From Diadema antillarum (taxonomy: Eukaryota), in NCBI RefSeq assembly GCF_040938485.1, contig NW_027270904.1, forward strand, positions 3,286,001 through 3,350,000: 64,000 nucleotides of DNA. The letters are read 5' to 3'. Under the pieces are notes generated by a model that ran no database searches, had not been told where the DNA came from, and saw nothing but the letters and a program-made list of their open reading frames with translations. The position numbers and the translations under genes were made by a program. The first letter of the stretch is position 1; each line of letters starts with the position of its first letter. Below are positions 41,501 to 51,745 of this stretch, in pieces.

Positions 41501-44500
41501 TAACGATCGCCATGTGCATTAAGAGTTCAACAATACTGTGTTTCAGCCAATCCTATCCATTTCAGCGGTGGACCCACGCGGTGAAATCTGAGAAGAGGTT
41601 TGAGGCATATGACCGCATGAGCCTTACGTTTTGGCAAAGTTCCAGCTCCTTGATTTCGTGGATGGAGTTCCCTGTACGACGGAGGGAGTTGTCTGTTGCT
41701 GTCTCCTAATATGGGATGTAAAAACACAATAGAAAGGGCACAATTAGTGCAAGGAGATTACAATCCCCTATGCAATGATGATGAGCCGTATCAAAGGCAA
41801 TTACCCCCAGAGGGCAGTTCCCCCCCCCCCCCCCCCCCTCCCTTTTCCCCCCGCTAAATACTGGTTAGTGGTAAGGTTAAAGTAAAGATTAGGGTTAGGT
41901 TCAGAGTTTGGAGTTTGGGTTAGGAGTTTGGGTTAGGGTTAGGATTAGGTTCAGGATTAGGACTAGGATTAGGGCCAGGGGAAGGGTCCAGGGTAATTAC
42001 CCAGGGGGTAATTGCCCTAGACCTGCTTTGAGCTGATGCTAACAGAGATAAATACTAATATATCACCAGCAAGGCCAGAGTGTTATCAGAGGGCAACACC
42101 AAACTAACATGTATTCGAGTCGGTGGGACTATGACATGCTTTGTCATATCTAATCCCTCACAGAGTGTGTATGAGAGTGTATGAGGCTTCAGACCACATC
42201 CTCATTTAAGAGAAACCTTGGACAGACTCTCACTTCTTCACCACTGCGAGTACGTTGCAGTTTACAAAGGAAGTGCTTGACAATTTAATTGTCATCTGAA
42301 ACATAACACAACACACGCATTCACCGAAATGCCCACAGACAGACACGCATGTACGTCCCACAGCAGTTTGTGCAAGATTACAGTATGTCCTCTCTCAAAG
42401 TTAGTTTACATTACTAAACATACATTTGTAGTGCAAAATATTGCAAGTGAATGGTATGCTTACATATTACAGGTTTATCCAATGCATGAACTATTTGTCT
42501 GATCATTTTGTCTATGCATAGAATGTAAACCAGTTTAAATCAAATTAAATCAAATTCACTTTATTGATAATCATAAAAAACAGAAATGTATGCATTGTAA
42601 AATGTGCTGGGGAGTTCTCAAAGAAAGCCAAAGGCTTGAGACAAATGTGTTCCCCTTTGTAGAGTTGTAGTTGGTAGAGTTGGATTGCATAAAATTGCAT
42701 AAAATTTCCAGTGTATAACCAAAAAAAAAGAAATGAACACTGAGGTAAATTGACAGGTAAACATTTAAAAGGAACTCTGCAACCAAGCCCCTTGGTGTAG
42801 TAAATGAAACCTTAATTAACTGAAGTATATATTTCAAAGCATAGTCTGTACTCACCCACTCATATTAAGGCCGGTGGCGTTTCCTCTCAAACCGCCCCCT
42901 CGCCCCCTACTGCGGCATTCACTGTTGACGCCTCTTCCTCTACCACCTCTGCCACGCCCCCTGCCCCTCCCTCTGCCCCGCCCCCTTTCCCATCGCTCGG
43001 GAGTTTTGTCCATCTGGGCACACCTTTCTGGACCCGTTTGATGCAGAGACTGAGATGAACTACAGAAGAGGAAAAACAAACAAATAAAGACCACATAGTA
43101 AAATGTACCATAAAGTTAAAGCCCATAATATTGAAAAGGCAGACTGTGTTGTTGCTTTTTTTTTTTATTTTGCATGCATAATGAAGTGGACTGGGAATTT
43201 TCTAATACATGCGACGTTACCACTAGACGAGATATCAGCGAATCTACACTGACATCCTTCCATGCATATTAAAAGGCATATATCATAAAAGGAACAAATA
43301 CACGCAGAACAATCATTGTTTCAGGGCTCTAAGATAAAAACAAGACTAAGAAATTTAGAATTGATTGCAGAAAAATTGTTAAAAGATACTGCAAATATTG
43401 TCAAAGATACAGTGCTATCCTTCTTGGTCAGATAAGTATATAAACAAAACATAAAACTGTATACTAATTCCCACATGTCATTTTCACCCAAATCTGCCAT
43501 TTCAATACCATGCTTCCCATATTGTTGCAGTTCATGGATCAGACAAACCTGCCAGAGGTAAATGTTGTTTCAAGGACACAATAGCCACCCCCAATCTGAG
43601 AGAGAAACAGAAAACAGGTGACTCCCATTGCAACAAAGTTCTAAGGACTGCCCGTTTTCTTTCATTTATATCAAAATTTTGCAATAACGGAATAGCAATG
43701 AGCATCCAGTTATACTGCAGACACGGTTATTTTTGCGTGCAGATATTTTCGTGAATGAGGGGGTCACAGACATTTTCTCAAGATGCTGTTTTCGCAAATT
43801 GACACAAAGACAACAATAAGCGCACTGCGTGTTGTCAAATTCAAGGTCAAACTGTGATTCATGAAATTCACAAAAAATTAAACCCTCGTGAAAAAAAAAT
43901 AACAGCTATGAAATACAGTATATGATGTAGATGATAATTTGACGGGCTTGAATATACTCAGTTGCCTCAAGAATTTTGTTGTAGCTATGTTATATTGTAA
44001 AAGTTGAAATTTTCGCAGTGTTGAAATTTTCGCACATTTTGCAAAACCAGAAATTAACGCAAAAATAAAGGCACACAAATATTTTTTCTTGTCATATGTT
44101 CCAGTACTTGATGTCTTGATCCCGGAGAATTAAAAACCAGTGACAACTCTTCTTACCCGGCCGAGCGTGAAAAAGTAGTTGCGCGAAAATATCCACTTTT
44201 ACAGTAAGAGGAGTGCACTGTACATATTGCTGTCCACTCACTTGTCTCCACCAGCGGAGAGGATTCTCAGTCCAATGCCATGCTTCCCTCCACCACGCCC
44301 ATCTCTAACACGATCCCCTTCCGGCTCTACAGAATGCACGCAATCCTGGCCGGAAATCTTCTTCGGAATCGTTTTGGTGTTCTTCCGACTGTATGTCTGC
44401 ATATTCATAAAAATAGAACAGAATTGTACCCACAACTTGTGTAAGCACCTACTAATAAATCCTACTTATTACTGGCTTTGCAAAAGGTATAGAAACACTT

Positions 44501-45424
44501 TGAGAATTAATGTACTAATACACTACAAAGTAAAGTGATGTAGGGACATGGAGCTATACTCAATACAAAATACTTCAAGCCTTGTATTACTGTAAGGAAT
44601 ATCTGTTTGAACAAAAAAGCTTATGAATGAGCAGATCCTACATTTCCAGGGCAGTGATATCCATAATGGTAAATGAGGAACAATACAATATGTCTGCTAT
44701 AATGTATCTGCCAAGTACTTATGTCATACAAATGTACCATAGGGAAGGTACAGATTTTTTTGAGGATGTACACCACTGTATGCTGCAATGACTGACCTTC
44801 ATAAATGACTAGTGATGGATCCACACAATCAAGCACTTTACGAACATGAGGAAATACTCTAGTGTATAATGGGCTGTCAGAAAGCCACAGGTAAGAAAAA
44901 AAAAAAGGGTCTCACTAATGATCACAGGAATTTCACAATGAAGCTGAAAGGAATTTAAAAAAAAATACAATTATGTGCATTTCATGGTACAATATTTCAC
45001 ATCACAGTTACACATGGCCAAACCAAAGAGAGTGTGTTTACCTGTGGACTAAGGTGCTGGCTTGCACTCGTAGCAGAGGATGCCGATGAGTTCGGACCGA
45101 TAACAATCACTTCTGGATCTCTGAAATTAAAAGACATAGATAGCTTGATGTACAATATGTACTACACTTTACTGGAATATTGTCTACTTGTAAATTAGGC
45201 ACAAATTTATAAAACATCACTTGGCTGGGTTATGTACATTACTGACCTAAGGATATTGCTAAAATAATCTTTAATGCAAAATAGCCAAAACACATACAGT
45301 ACATATGTGTATAACACATGTAGATACCACAAATGATGTTACCTCATGTACTACACCAAGAAGAGTACACATACAATGTACTGACATTTGCAACCATTGA
45401 TTCCCCATCAAGATTTTGTTTCTT

Positions 45425-45459
<35 letters not shown>

Positions 45460-48290
45460 TGTTCATCAGGAATGTCCTTTCTGATAAACAACCCTACACT
45501 GTATCTCTTCTCTGTCACATTTATCACTATTAAAATATGTCATGCACGACATGGTGGCATTTGTACCAATGCTTCAGGTTTCTGCTTACATTTGTAAATG
45601 CAAACAGTAAAATGTATTGGCAAGATGTGAAAACTGTTATTATTTAAACTGGCATTGTATTTGACAAATACCTTGTGTTCTGCACAAAATGCTCCTTCAA
45701 AATACATTGTAATTTTACAGAGGGTGTAGAATATACAACTGAAAATGACTAACAGTAAAAGACTTAAAAAATAAAAAAAAACTCTTGCAAGTTCAACACA
45801 CACATAGTGGCATTCATGTACACTTGTACAGACATGCCATTATACTTCACTTGCTTGACATGAGCATTTTGGTCAAACATCTTTGACAGAAAAACATGAT
45901 TTTCCATACTCCATAATTAATATTTAATTCTACTTAATGAAATACTGAGCTCATTTGAGAATGAATACAGGGCAGAGCCAGGCAGAGCAAATGCTGTTTC
46001 GATAAGGTTGACGGATTTGATATTCACTTGCGTCTTACTTGTTTTTATACCCAGGATGCATTCTCCTCACTGCAATTTTGTTACCATGACAAGTGTAAAT
46101 TTAAAGTGCTAACAATAGACACTCCAATAAAATCAGCAACATAATGTAATGTACACTGTACTGTACATCTATATCCCACGCTACACTCGTAGATCTCTAA
46201 ATCCATGCACCTACAATGTACTGTGTGATCAAGTGCATACAATTTTGTACATATGGTATGATTTACAGACAAACATACAGTGTACATTAGTCTACCCTGT
46301 ACTTCATGTGCAAAAAGAACCAAACCTGGAACTGCATTTGGTTACACTATATGGAATTCCAGGTGATGCCATCCACCATTGAGATGCATTCTAGTAAGTA
46401 CTTTATACATCAGATGTACATCAATTCATTTGACCTGCACCATGTATAATGTAATATTCTCCTCACTATAACATGATCTTGAGAAGTGACTGATATGACT
46501 ACTGCAGTTTTGTGCGTCTAGGTACTTTATAATACACAGTAGGTTCCCTTGTATTTTTTGATGATATCCAATAACATGTCAATATGCATCAAACATGAAT
46601 GCAAATATCCAAAAGATATTCAATATTGATAATAAAATATAACAAGAACTCTACATCCCATTTCAGTTTTCTGTTCACATGCAATGTACATCCATATTGC
46701 TACTGTATGTATACAGAATATTTGTCCATTACAACTTGAGGGGGATACAACAAAGACTTTAAATACAGATGAAGCAACAATACATTGTACATGCCATAAG
46801 ATAATGTTGATTGGCATGCCTCAGTGTTACCTAACTTGCCACAAGAGGTGTATGATATATTACAATGTACATTCACATACACCATCACTAAATTTCAACA
46901 AATTTACTGAATCAGTGATCAACGTGTTGTAATATCTTCTTTGATACCAGGTACAACTGCAAAATACTGTATAACATACATTGTACATTTTGAATTTTTG
47001 CATGAACAGGAAAGTTTCAGAAAGTGACTGTAAACCCTGTGACCCATTCAAGATCTATATTGTATGGGGGGGGGGATGAAAATATTTTGATAGTTCGTCA
47101 ATGTGCAGTGCTTCTTGGGTGGTAGAAGGCTTAATGGTGCACCATGTATTCTTTCTAGGGTATGTATTTGGCCCTGAAAAGGGCCTACCCAGTCCCATCG
47201 TTTCGGCAAGCATGTTCTTGTCGTTCTCAAGGAACGGCCACAACATGCTTGCCGAAACGTCGGGACTGGGTAGGCCCTTTTCAGGGCCAAATACATGTAC
47301 ATACCCTAGAAAGAATATGTGGTGCACCATTAAGCCTTCTACCACCCAACGTTCTACCGCCACGGAAGCCTTTAAAGATTTCTACACTGCTTCTGACCTA
47401 CATTAATCTAAGTTCGATTGAATTCAATGTTTGATTAATGGCAAATAGATAAATTTCCATAATTAGATCTCTCCTCTCACCTTTACCAGCTCTATCTTAC
47501 AATTGTATACTTTTTCCAGTCTCATGTTTGAGTGACTTTCATCTGGTGCTTAAGAAAATGCTAAAAATGTTATGCTTTGGACTCAGACTCCAGACCCAGG
47601 AAATATGACCTAATGACCTATGATCTACAAGATATATCATGTTCAGAGCTGCATCACAATGGTACTTCAAACTATGATACAATGTACTTCAGCTATGATA
47701 CCTTCAAACTATGATACTTACTAGCTGTATCCTGTATATGCCAGAGTATAACCATGTCAAGGTCACCTTTGTAACAGTGTTCAAAATATATTAAAGCCAT
47801 TCAGCAAGTCTAATTTATTGCAAATCAGGACTTCCCAACAATTTTGCAAGTGGCTAAATTCGTAATCAAACAATACCGTATTATTACGCACCTTGTTCAT
47901 GTACTGTTTACTGCACACCAGCACTGTACATGTATGACTTAATGAGTGCGTGTCGCATTTATGTTGGCATCAGAGTTGATATTTTTGTATGTTCTTTAAT
48001 TCTTGAATAGTGCCCAACTAACGAAATTCACAAAAATCAAAACCTTTAAAAACTGAAATACATGGCATACATTATTTAGAAGTTCTACACAGATGGATAT
48101 AAGAAAGAAAAAAAAGTATATTTATGAATATATTGTCCTGTGCATCATTACCTGAACCAGGTACAAAACTAAACTTACTGGGTAGATGAGGTCTCTTGTC
48201 CAGAAGTTCTTTTGTTTGGTGTCTGCACTGTACGTGTTAAAATGCTCTGCTGAAAACCATGGGTCGGATCTTTATCCACTGCGTCCAAAG
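16160..48290 (-). CDS. SENP6: SENP6-like SUMO protease (Ulp1/peptidase C48, SENP6/7 family), multi-exon; first exon unresolved
   Basis: 21 exons with canonical AG/GT sites whose phases chain without a break: 48179-48290, 45042-45120, 44242-44396, 42856-43059, 41628-41705, 40135-40373, 39325-39401, 36431-37103, 33566-33655, 32224-32288, 31119-31335, 29702-29884, 29083-29202, 27847-28096, 26865-26984, 25445-25666, 23575-24127, 21567-21745, 20581-20649, 19088-19238, 16160-16294. With the ATG at 49243 the CDS is 3984 nt (1327 aa). Motifs: FPPPPTIGG...[23 protein letters not shown] (His), LIFDSL (Asp), [10 protein letters not shown] (Gln/Cys). N-terminal ALD...GF, TYSRKN and GNATGLNM resemble vertebrate SENP6 (from memory). 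Confidence 0.9.
16910..18200 (+). mobile_element. Helentron/HINE-like (DINE-1/pearl/Tsp-type) element with about seven 161-bp tandem units
   Basis: Subterminal IRs ATACCCCCGCC (16920) and GGCGGGGGTAT (18187), tandem core, (CCGA)n microsatellite at 18105-18152, 3' hairpin. Confidence 0.8.
19088..19238 (-). CDS. SENP6: SENP6 exon with catalytic Cys ([23 protein letters not shown])
   Basis: Canonical C48 PQQxNxxDCG motif; cag/gtgagg splice sites. Confidence 0.95.
20581..20649 (-). CDS. SENP6: SENP6 exon with catalytic Asp ([22 protein letters not shown])
   Basis: FDSL motif; phases fit both neighbours; ccag/gtgagt sites. Confidence 0.93.
21567..21745 (-). CDS. SENP6: SENP6 exon in the catalytic-domain insertion (AAQNC...KHFE)
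   Basis: tacag/gtgagt sites; phase 0 in, phase 2 out, matching neighbours. Confidence 0.8.
22402..22560 (+). mobile_element. tRNA-derived SINE
   Basis: Box A-like TGCTCAGTGG, box B-like GATTCAAGT, then a GTGTCGTTGGGCAAG conserved body. Confidence 0.65.
22802..22886. mobile_element. 85-bp TTAA-TSD (piggyBac-type) mini-MITE
   Basis: TTAA|CCCATTGAGGA...TCCTCAATGGG|TTAA; related copies at 34863-34947 and 36315-36399, partial near 29515-29565. Confidence 0.85.
23575..24127 (-). CDS. SENP6: SENP6 exon with catalytic His ([10 protein letters not shown]) followed by a low-complexity insert
   Basis: HW motif; tccatttccag acceptor, gtatgt donor. Confidence 0.92.
24802..25413. mobile_element. Tigger/pogo-like MITE ends (CAGTCAAACCTG...CAGGTTTGATTG) enclosing other sequence
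   Basis: Inverted termini; repeated GGCCACCTGTCTATAGCAGCCAC subterminal motif. Confidence 0.6.
25445..25666 (-). CDS. SENP6: SENP6 catalytic exon ([11 protein letters not shown]...[22 protein letters not shown])
   Basis: Conserved C48 motifs; canonical splice sites. Confidence 0.95.
26865..26984 (-). CDS. SENP6: SENP6 exon opening the catalytic domain ([17 protein letters not shown]...[12 protein letters not shown])
   Basis: Poly-Pro loop-1 diagnostic of SENP6/7, plus the LND motif. Confidence 0.95.
27022..27232. mobile_element. TACTGTA MITE, subfamily C; relatives at 48994-49195, 43713-43920, 8772-8865 (partial)
   Basis: TACTGTAAAAC...GTTTTACAGTA ends. Confidence 0.75.
27262..27781 (+). 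repeat. About 520-bp direct duplication with 40746-41266 (MITE plus AT-rich flank)
   Basis: Colinear, highly similar sequence from GCATA.CTCGTGCAGGTAAA through the end of the MITE. Confidence 0.88.
27536..27781. mobile_element. TACTGTA...TACAGTA MITE, subfamily A (Tc1/mariner-type ends); copies at 21165-21386 (partial), 33177-33420, 41023-41266, fragment near 30670-30790
   Basis: Alignable by eye; TA-containing palindromic ends; CGCGAAA-rich interior. Confidence 0.85.
27847..31335 (-). CDS. SENP6: SENP6 exons 31119-31335, 29702-29884, 29083-29202 and 27847-28096 (PH-like pre-catalytic region)
   Basis: Phase-consistent exons giving ...[13 protein letters not shown]...FKFNFQ/SNIHKC...[17 protein letters not shown]-like alternating hydrophobic beta-strand patterns, as expected for the SENP6/7 pre-catalytic domain (inference). 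Confidence 0.78.
32127..32209 (+). repeat. About 22-bp minisatellite (AGGTCATTAGACAGAGGTCAG) x3.7
   Basis: Read directly. Confidence 0.9.
32224..33655 (-). CDS. SENP6: SENP6 exons 33566-33655 ([16 protein letters not shown]) and 32224-32288
   Basis: Classic hydrophobic-plus-acidic SUMO-interacting motif; phases 1 and 0 fit. Confidence 0.85.
34303..34862. mobile_element. TTAA-flanked element with AAGG-type ends (Kolobok-like); relatives at 12179-12789, 18518-18906 and 28183-28535 (partial)
   Basis: TTAAAGG...CCTTAA ends; 28183 and 34303 share GTAGAACACATC.ATGAAAGTTTGAGGAAAAT.GGACAATC; 18518 has a 29-bp imperfect TIR. Confidence 0.65.
34863..34947. mobile_element. 85-bp TTAA mini-MITE copy (opposite orientation to 22802)
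   Basis: TTAA on both sides, same TIRs. Confidence 0.85.
35102..36207 (+). mobile_element. Second Helentron/HINE-like element with six alternating ~158/142-bp units
   Basis: Subterminal IRs GTCCCCGCCG (35131) and CGGCGGGGAC (36194), tandem core, (ACGG/GACA)n microsatellite at 36075-36158, 3' hairpin. Confidence 0.8.
36315..36399. mobile_element. 85-bp TTAA mini-MITE copy 31 bp from a SENP6 donor
   Basis: Same internal sequence; right TSD degraded to TTAC. Confidence 0.8.
36431..37103 (-). CDS. SENP6: SENP6 large N-terminal exon (CxxC-x9-CxxC motif; 25-aa internal repeat)
   Basis: 673-nt open exon, ttgcag/gtatgc sites, phase 0 in and phase 1 out. Confidence 0.85.
38503..39318 (+). repeat. 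Degenerate purine-rich satellite (GATGA/GGAAT/GATAG units) with ~140-157 bp higher-order period
   Basis: TTGGAATGATGAATAGATGAA recurs near 38635, 38790, 38945 and 39085. Confidence 0.85.
39325..45120 (-). CDS. SENP6: SENP6 N-terminal exons 45042-45120, 44242-44396, 42856-43059, 41628-41705, 40135-40373, 39325-39401
   Basis: All have canonical sites and chain in phase; they encode PEVIVI (SIM-like), TYSRKN, an RG-repeat tract and S/T-rich linkers. Confidence 0.8.
41796..42016. mobile_element. TIR element containing degenerate (TTAGGG)-like repeats
   Basis: GGCAATTACCCCC / GGGGGTAATTGCC; GGGTTAGG variants at 41870-41975. Confidence 0.6.
47115..47349. repeat. 235-bp near-perfect palindrome (foldback MITE-like)
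   Basis: Arms of about 100 bp; ORFs on opposite strands give nearly identical peptides ([10 protein letters not shown]). Confidence 0.9.
48179..48290 (-). CDS. SENP6: SENP6 second exon ([15 protein letters not shown]...)
   Basis: Strong ccttcttag acceptor and gtaagt donor; needs a phase-1 upstream exon; its phase-2 end fits exon 45120. Confidence 0.75.
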
Positions 48291-48467
48291 CTAAGAAGGA
48301 GACAAAGGGGAAAAGGATTTGAGTGAATAAATTAATTCCATTTAGACTGTATTGGGCAAATTTGCTATACATGTACACACAATGACAGATATTGCTGGCC
48401 TTGAGGGGAATGCAACATTTATTGCCTGAAAAAGAATCATACTGCCTTAAATTACATTCACACGCAG

Positions 48468-48972
48468 TTGCCAAACTTGAAGTTTACAGCTGTAGGCCGA
48501 AAACTTACATTGTAACTGTCGATGATTACCTCCACTCGTGAATTCAAGATGCGGGTTCACACGGGCACCTAAACTTCAAGTTACAACTCACAAGAGAATC
48601 CCACTCGATGATTACGCCGGAAGTGCAGAGTCTTTGCTAGATGACCCTATGCCCATACAACAGCACAGCTGGAGGTTGACCCCAGATGTGAACGAGAAGC
48701 GAGGTTCACGCTAACTCACAAGCTCGTTGATTATTGTGTCCACACGGAGCGAAACTACGAGTGGGGACCCCCCCCATGGCTCATGAAGAGAGCGTAAACC
48801 CTAAGATGTCTCGTGGTTCTAATCATAGACTAAACTTTAAGATTGCTAACTTTCGAGTGCGTCCATACGGTGCTAAACTACAAGCTAACCATCGAGAGTT
48901 AAGTTTTCGACCTATAAAACTTAAAGTTTAGGAACAGCGTGTGAACCTAACTGGAGTCTTCAACTTTGGCAA
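48468..48972. mobile_element. About 500-bp TIR element (MITE-like)
   Basis: TTGCCAAACTTGAAG versus CTTCAACTTTGGCAA (14/15 inverted match); no clear TSD. Confidence 0.5.
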
Positions 48973-49230
48973 TAAAATTTCAGTGAGGGCAATTACTGTA
49001 AAACGAGGAATGTTCGCATGCACTTTAATTTCGCGAGCGCCAAGATTCGCGAAGTTAAAATGTGTGCAAAAGTTCTTGTCTACACTATATGCATTGAATG
49101 CCAGTGGCAATTCGCGAAAATTTCTTGCCACAAAAAAGGCTGTCGGCTCTAATTCGCGAAAATTTTATGCAGCGAATTTATCATGTTTTACGGTAATGTC
49201 TAGGGGCAAGACCAGTGCTGCAGGACTTAC

Positions 49231-49309
49231 CCAACAAAACCATAGCATGAACGCTCAAGGGGAGTTCTTCCGTTGTCCACGCAAATCTTTTTAGGTTAGG
49301 GGATAAAAT
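49231..49309 (-). CDS. SENP6: Candidate SENP6 start exon (ATG at 49243, MVLL|A, phase 1)
   Basis: ctcttcccttcag acceptor, gtaagt donor, good Kozak context (gctATGG), correct phase. Confidence 0.5.
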
Positions 49310-50476
49310 CTGAAGGGAAGAGTGACCCTGGGCTTGTTAATGATAGCGCCCAGTTGTGTTAATCAAATGAGCGAATGTGCGACCTCTTGCCAAATGGCAG
49401 GGCGTGCCTCTTCCGCCCCATGCACAGCCCATACCACGATTGCCCATGCAGCTTGGGGACGGTCAATACTAGTCATGTGGTTGGTCAGTTGTGAAAAAGA
49501 CAAGATCTCATGAGACTGTTCCCAAGAAACGGAACCAGGCATGAATGTACATGCAAGGTGAAATGCACACTTGGGTGAATGCCACACTAGCAGATTCAGT
49601 TACTACCTCAGGCCATTATTACTGAAGGTAGGTTAGAATATTGCATACAATTGTACATTAGTATTGGCACACACCTCCAAAGCATTATCTGAGCCAACAA
49701 ATTCTGGCAAAGGCAAATATTTAAGAGAAAAGTGCCTAAATTTGGTTCTCAGTAGTTGATAATGCCAAGTTCCGCCTAACACTAACTGTCAAGATTGGCA
49801 ACTATTACATGAAATTTAAAAACAAATTTCAGAAGGCCAAGTACACAAATAACTGCCAACACAGACTGGAATTTTGTAGGGAAAATTAAGAGTATGACTC
49901 TTTTTTTCCTTGTCATAATATTTCGGTGGGTATAAATTGATTGTCAAAACTTTGGTCTATACAGCAGCATACCATGCACTTCATGGCTAAACATTACCTG
50001 CACAAATGTCTTCAAACAAGTAACAACAGTTAACCCAAATATTGGCGATTCTTTACCTAGTTTTTTTTTTTAATGTCCTTTTTCTGTTGAGTGGAAACCT
50101 TGCCACCTCTGACTTCATTCTACATCACAGGTAGCTCTTTCAGCCATACTGAAGACATGGTATAAGCATTCTTATACAACATAAGCTACATTTGAACCAA
50201 GAGGGCAAAACCTGTGCACTATGACATCAGTTAATATGAAAAGATACTCTTGTGTTCAAAGTGTTTAATCATTTCTGCCAATGTGAATGGGTCTTCACTT
50301 CACAAATTAAGTTGTTTGATCATTCCATTTATCAAATGTTTTTAATCATGCTTTTTTTATTATTGTTTTTTTGCATCCACTTAATATCCCCCTCTCAAAA
50401 TCATTCTTGCCTATGGTGATGTCACCCATGGGAAAACCAGCAGATATTAAAAGCATGTTCTGTGTAACAATACCAG

Positions 50477-50612
50477 GGGGGCGTTTCATCAACGAGTTCG
50501 TCGGAGGTTTTCACCGACAAATTTGCTATCAGCCAATCAGACACAAGGATTTCAGTAGCTTTTAACAGTTGTCAGTGTAAATCCCTGACAAAAAGTTTCA
50601 TGAAACGGTCCC
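50477..50612. mobile_element. PIF/Harbinger-like MITE with CWG TSD (CAG)
   Basis: GGGG(G)CGTTTCAT...ATGAAACGGTCCC ends; CAG on both sides; same family as 11298-11434 and 12943-13099. Confidence 0.75.
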
Positions 50613-50929
50613 CAGGCCTCGAATTAACCGACGGCCACCGACGGCCATGGCCGTCGGTGCCCCTCTCGTTGGCCGCACTGCCTTTTTTTCCTTAATCAAA
50701 GTTATGGCCCAAAAAAGATGTGCCCTTTTTCTTGTGGTCGTGGTGCCCTTTTAGAATGAAAGTTATTATTTATGACGTATAATATGCCCTTTCTCAAAGT
50801 CTACACTTTCATAAGCTTGAACAACTTTCCTGATCTCAAATATCATACCTTCAGTTCACTCGCGTCCCAATATATCTGATTCAAACTCAAAGTATCTTTC
50901 TGAGACGATGTGTAGAAGTCTACGTACAT

Positions 50930-51310
50930 GTACGCCCGACCGGTTTTTACCGTCCCGACTGCCTCCGCAGCGCAGCGGCCATAGAGTTACTAGCTAGGCA
51001 GCGGCGGGCCGGAGCAAGTGGTCGCAAGCCATGCTAAAAAATGCCAGGCCTGTCGGACGGCTGTGAGCATTGCCATCTCTCTCGCTCTGCATTCATGCCC
51101 GCATGCCCAAAGCAAAATGGCGCCGGAAGTGCTCCAAAGCGAGCGCGGCGTACGCGTTGAGAACGTACTGTATTACACAACCTACATCGTATTGCGTATG
51201 GCCTACTGCCTAACGTCGTCTGCTGCGGAGAGATCTTATGCATGCATGCGCTGCTGGAGTGTAGCAGCACGGTCGATAGCATACAGCTCTATGGGGCATT
51301 CACATCACGT
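50930..51310. promoter_or_regulatory. CpG-rich promoter-like segment with adjacent YY1 (CAAAATGGCG, 51113-51122) and ETS (CCGGAAGTG, 51123-51131) motifs
   Basis: Motifs read directly; CpG density is far above the AT-rich background. Confidence 0.55.
50951..50982 (-). CDS. Candidate alternative first exon MAAALRRQSG(R), phase 2
   Basis: ATG at 50980-50982 and donor gtaaaa; in frame only if spliced to exon 45120. Lies inside a TE-like element. Confidence 0.3.
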
Positions 51311-51614
51311 ATAAACACCCAACATACCCTTTCCAATGTGGCCTTGGTGCCCCTCTGACTGACCTAAGTGCCCTGGCCTCTTGGAAAAAGTGCCCTTTTC
51401 TAAATGGCCTTGCCCCTCCAAAATCCTATTTCAAGGCCTGCAATACCTAGTACACAGTATAACACGGGTACATCTTGCCAGAGCCAGGTGCATCAGTTCA
51501 GATGAGCAAGATAAATCTAAAATACTGTACACTACAATATTGCATACCTTTTCTTGCCATACACAATTCTGTAACATTTTCTAGCAATAACAGTTCCACA
51601 ATGTCATTCTATGA

Positions 51615-51745
51615 NNNNNNNNNNNNNNNNNNNNNNNNNNNNNNNNNNNNNNNNNNNNNNNNNNNNNNNNNNNNNNNNNNNNNNNNNNNNNNNNNNNNNN
51701 NNNNNNNNNNNNNNNNNNNNNNNNNNNNNNNNNNNNNNNNNNNNN
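51615..51745. other. Assembly gap (131 N)
   Basis: Run of N. Confidence 0.99.

Larger units (their letters stand above)
50474..51440. mobile_element. Non-autonomous hAT-like element, 6-bp TSD CAATAC, with a MITE nested in its left tip
   Basis: TIRs CAGGCCTCGAATTA and (reverse complement) CAGGCCTTGAAATA; CAATAC at 50468-50473 and 51441-51446; repeated subterminal TGCCC motifs. Confidence 0.65.

Noticed and set aside
50057-50148. Extra 92-nt exon between the candidate first exons
   Set aside because: Stops in all three frames; at most UTR, and unsupported.
51018-51314. Plus-strand gene starting at ATGGCG (51117)
   Set aside because: The ATG is part of the YY1 motif; no downstream exons or homology.
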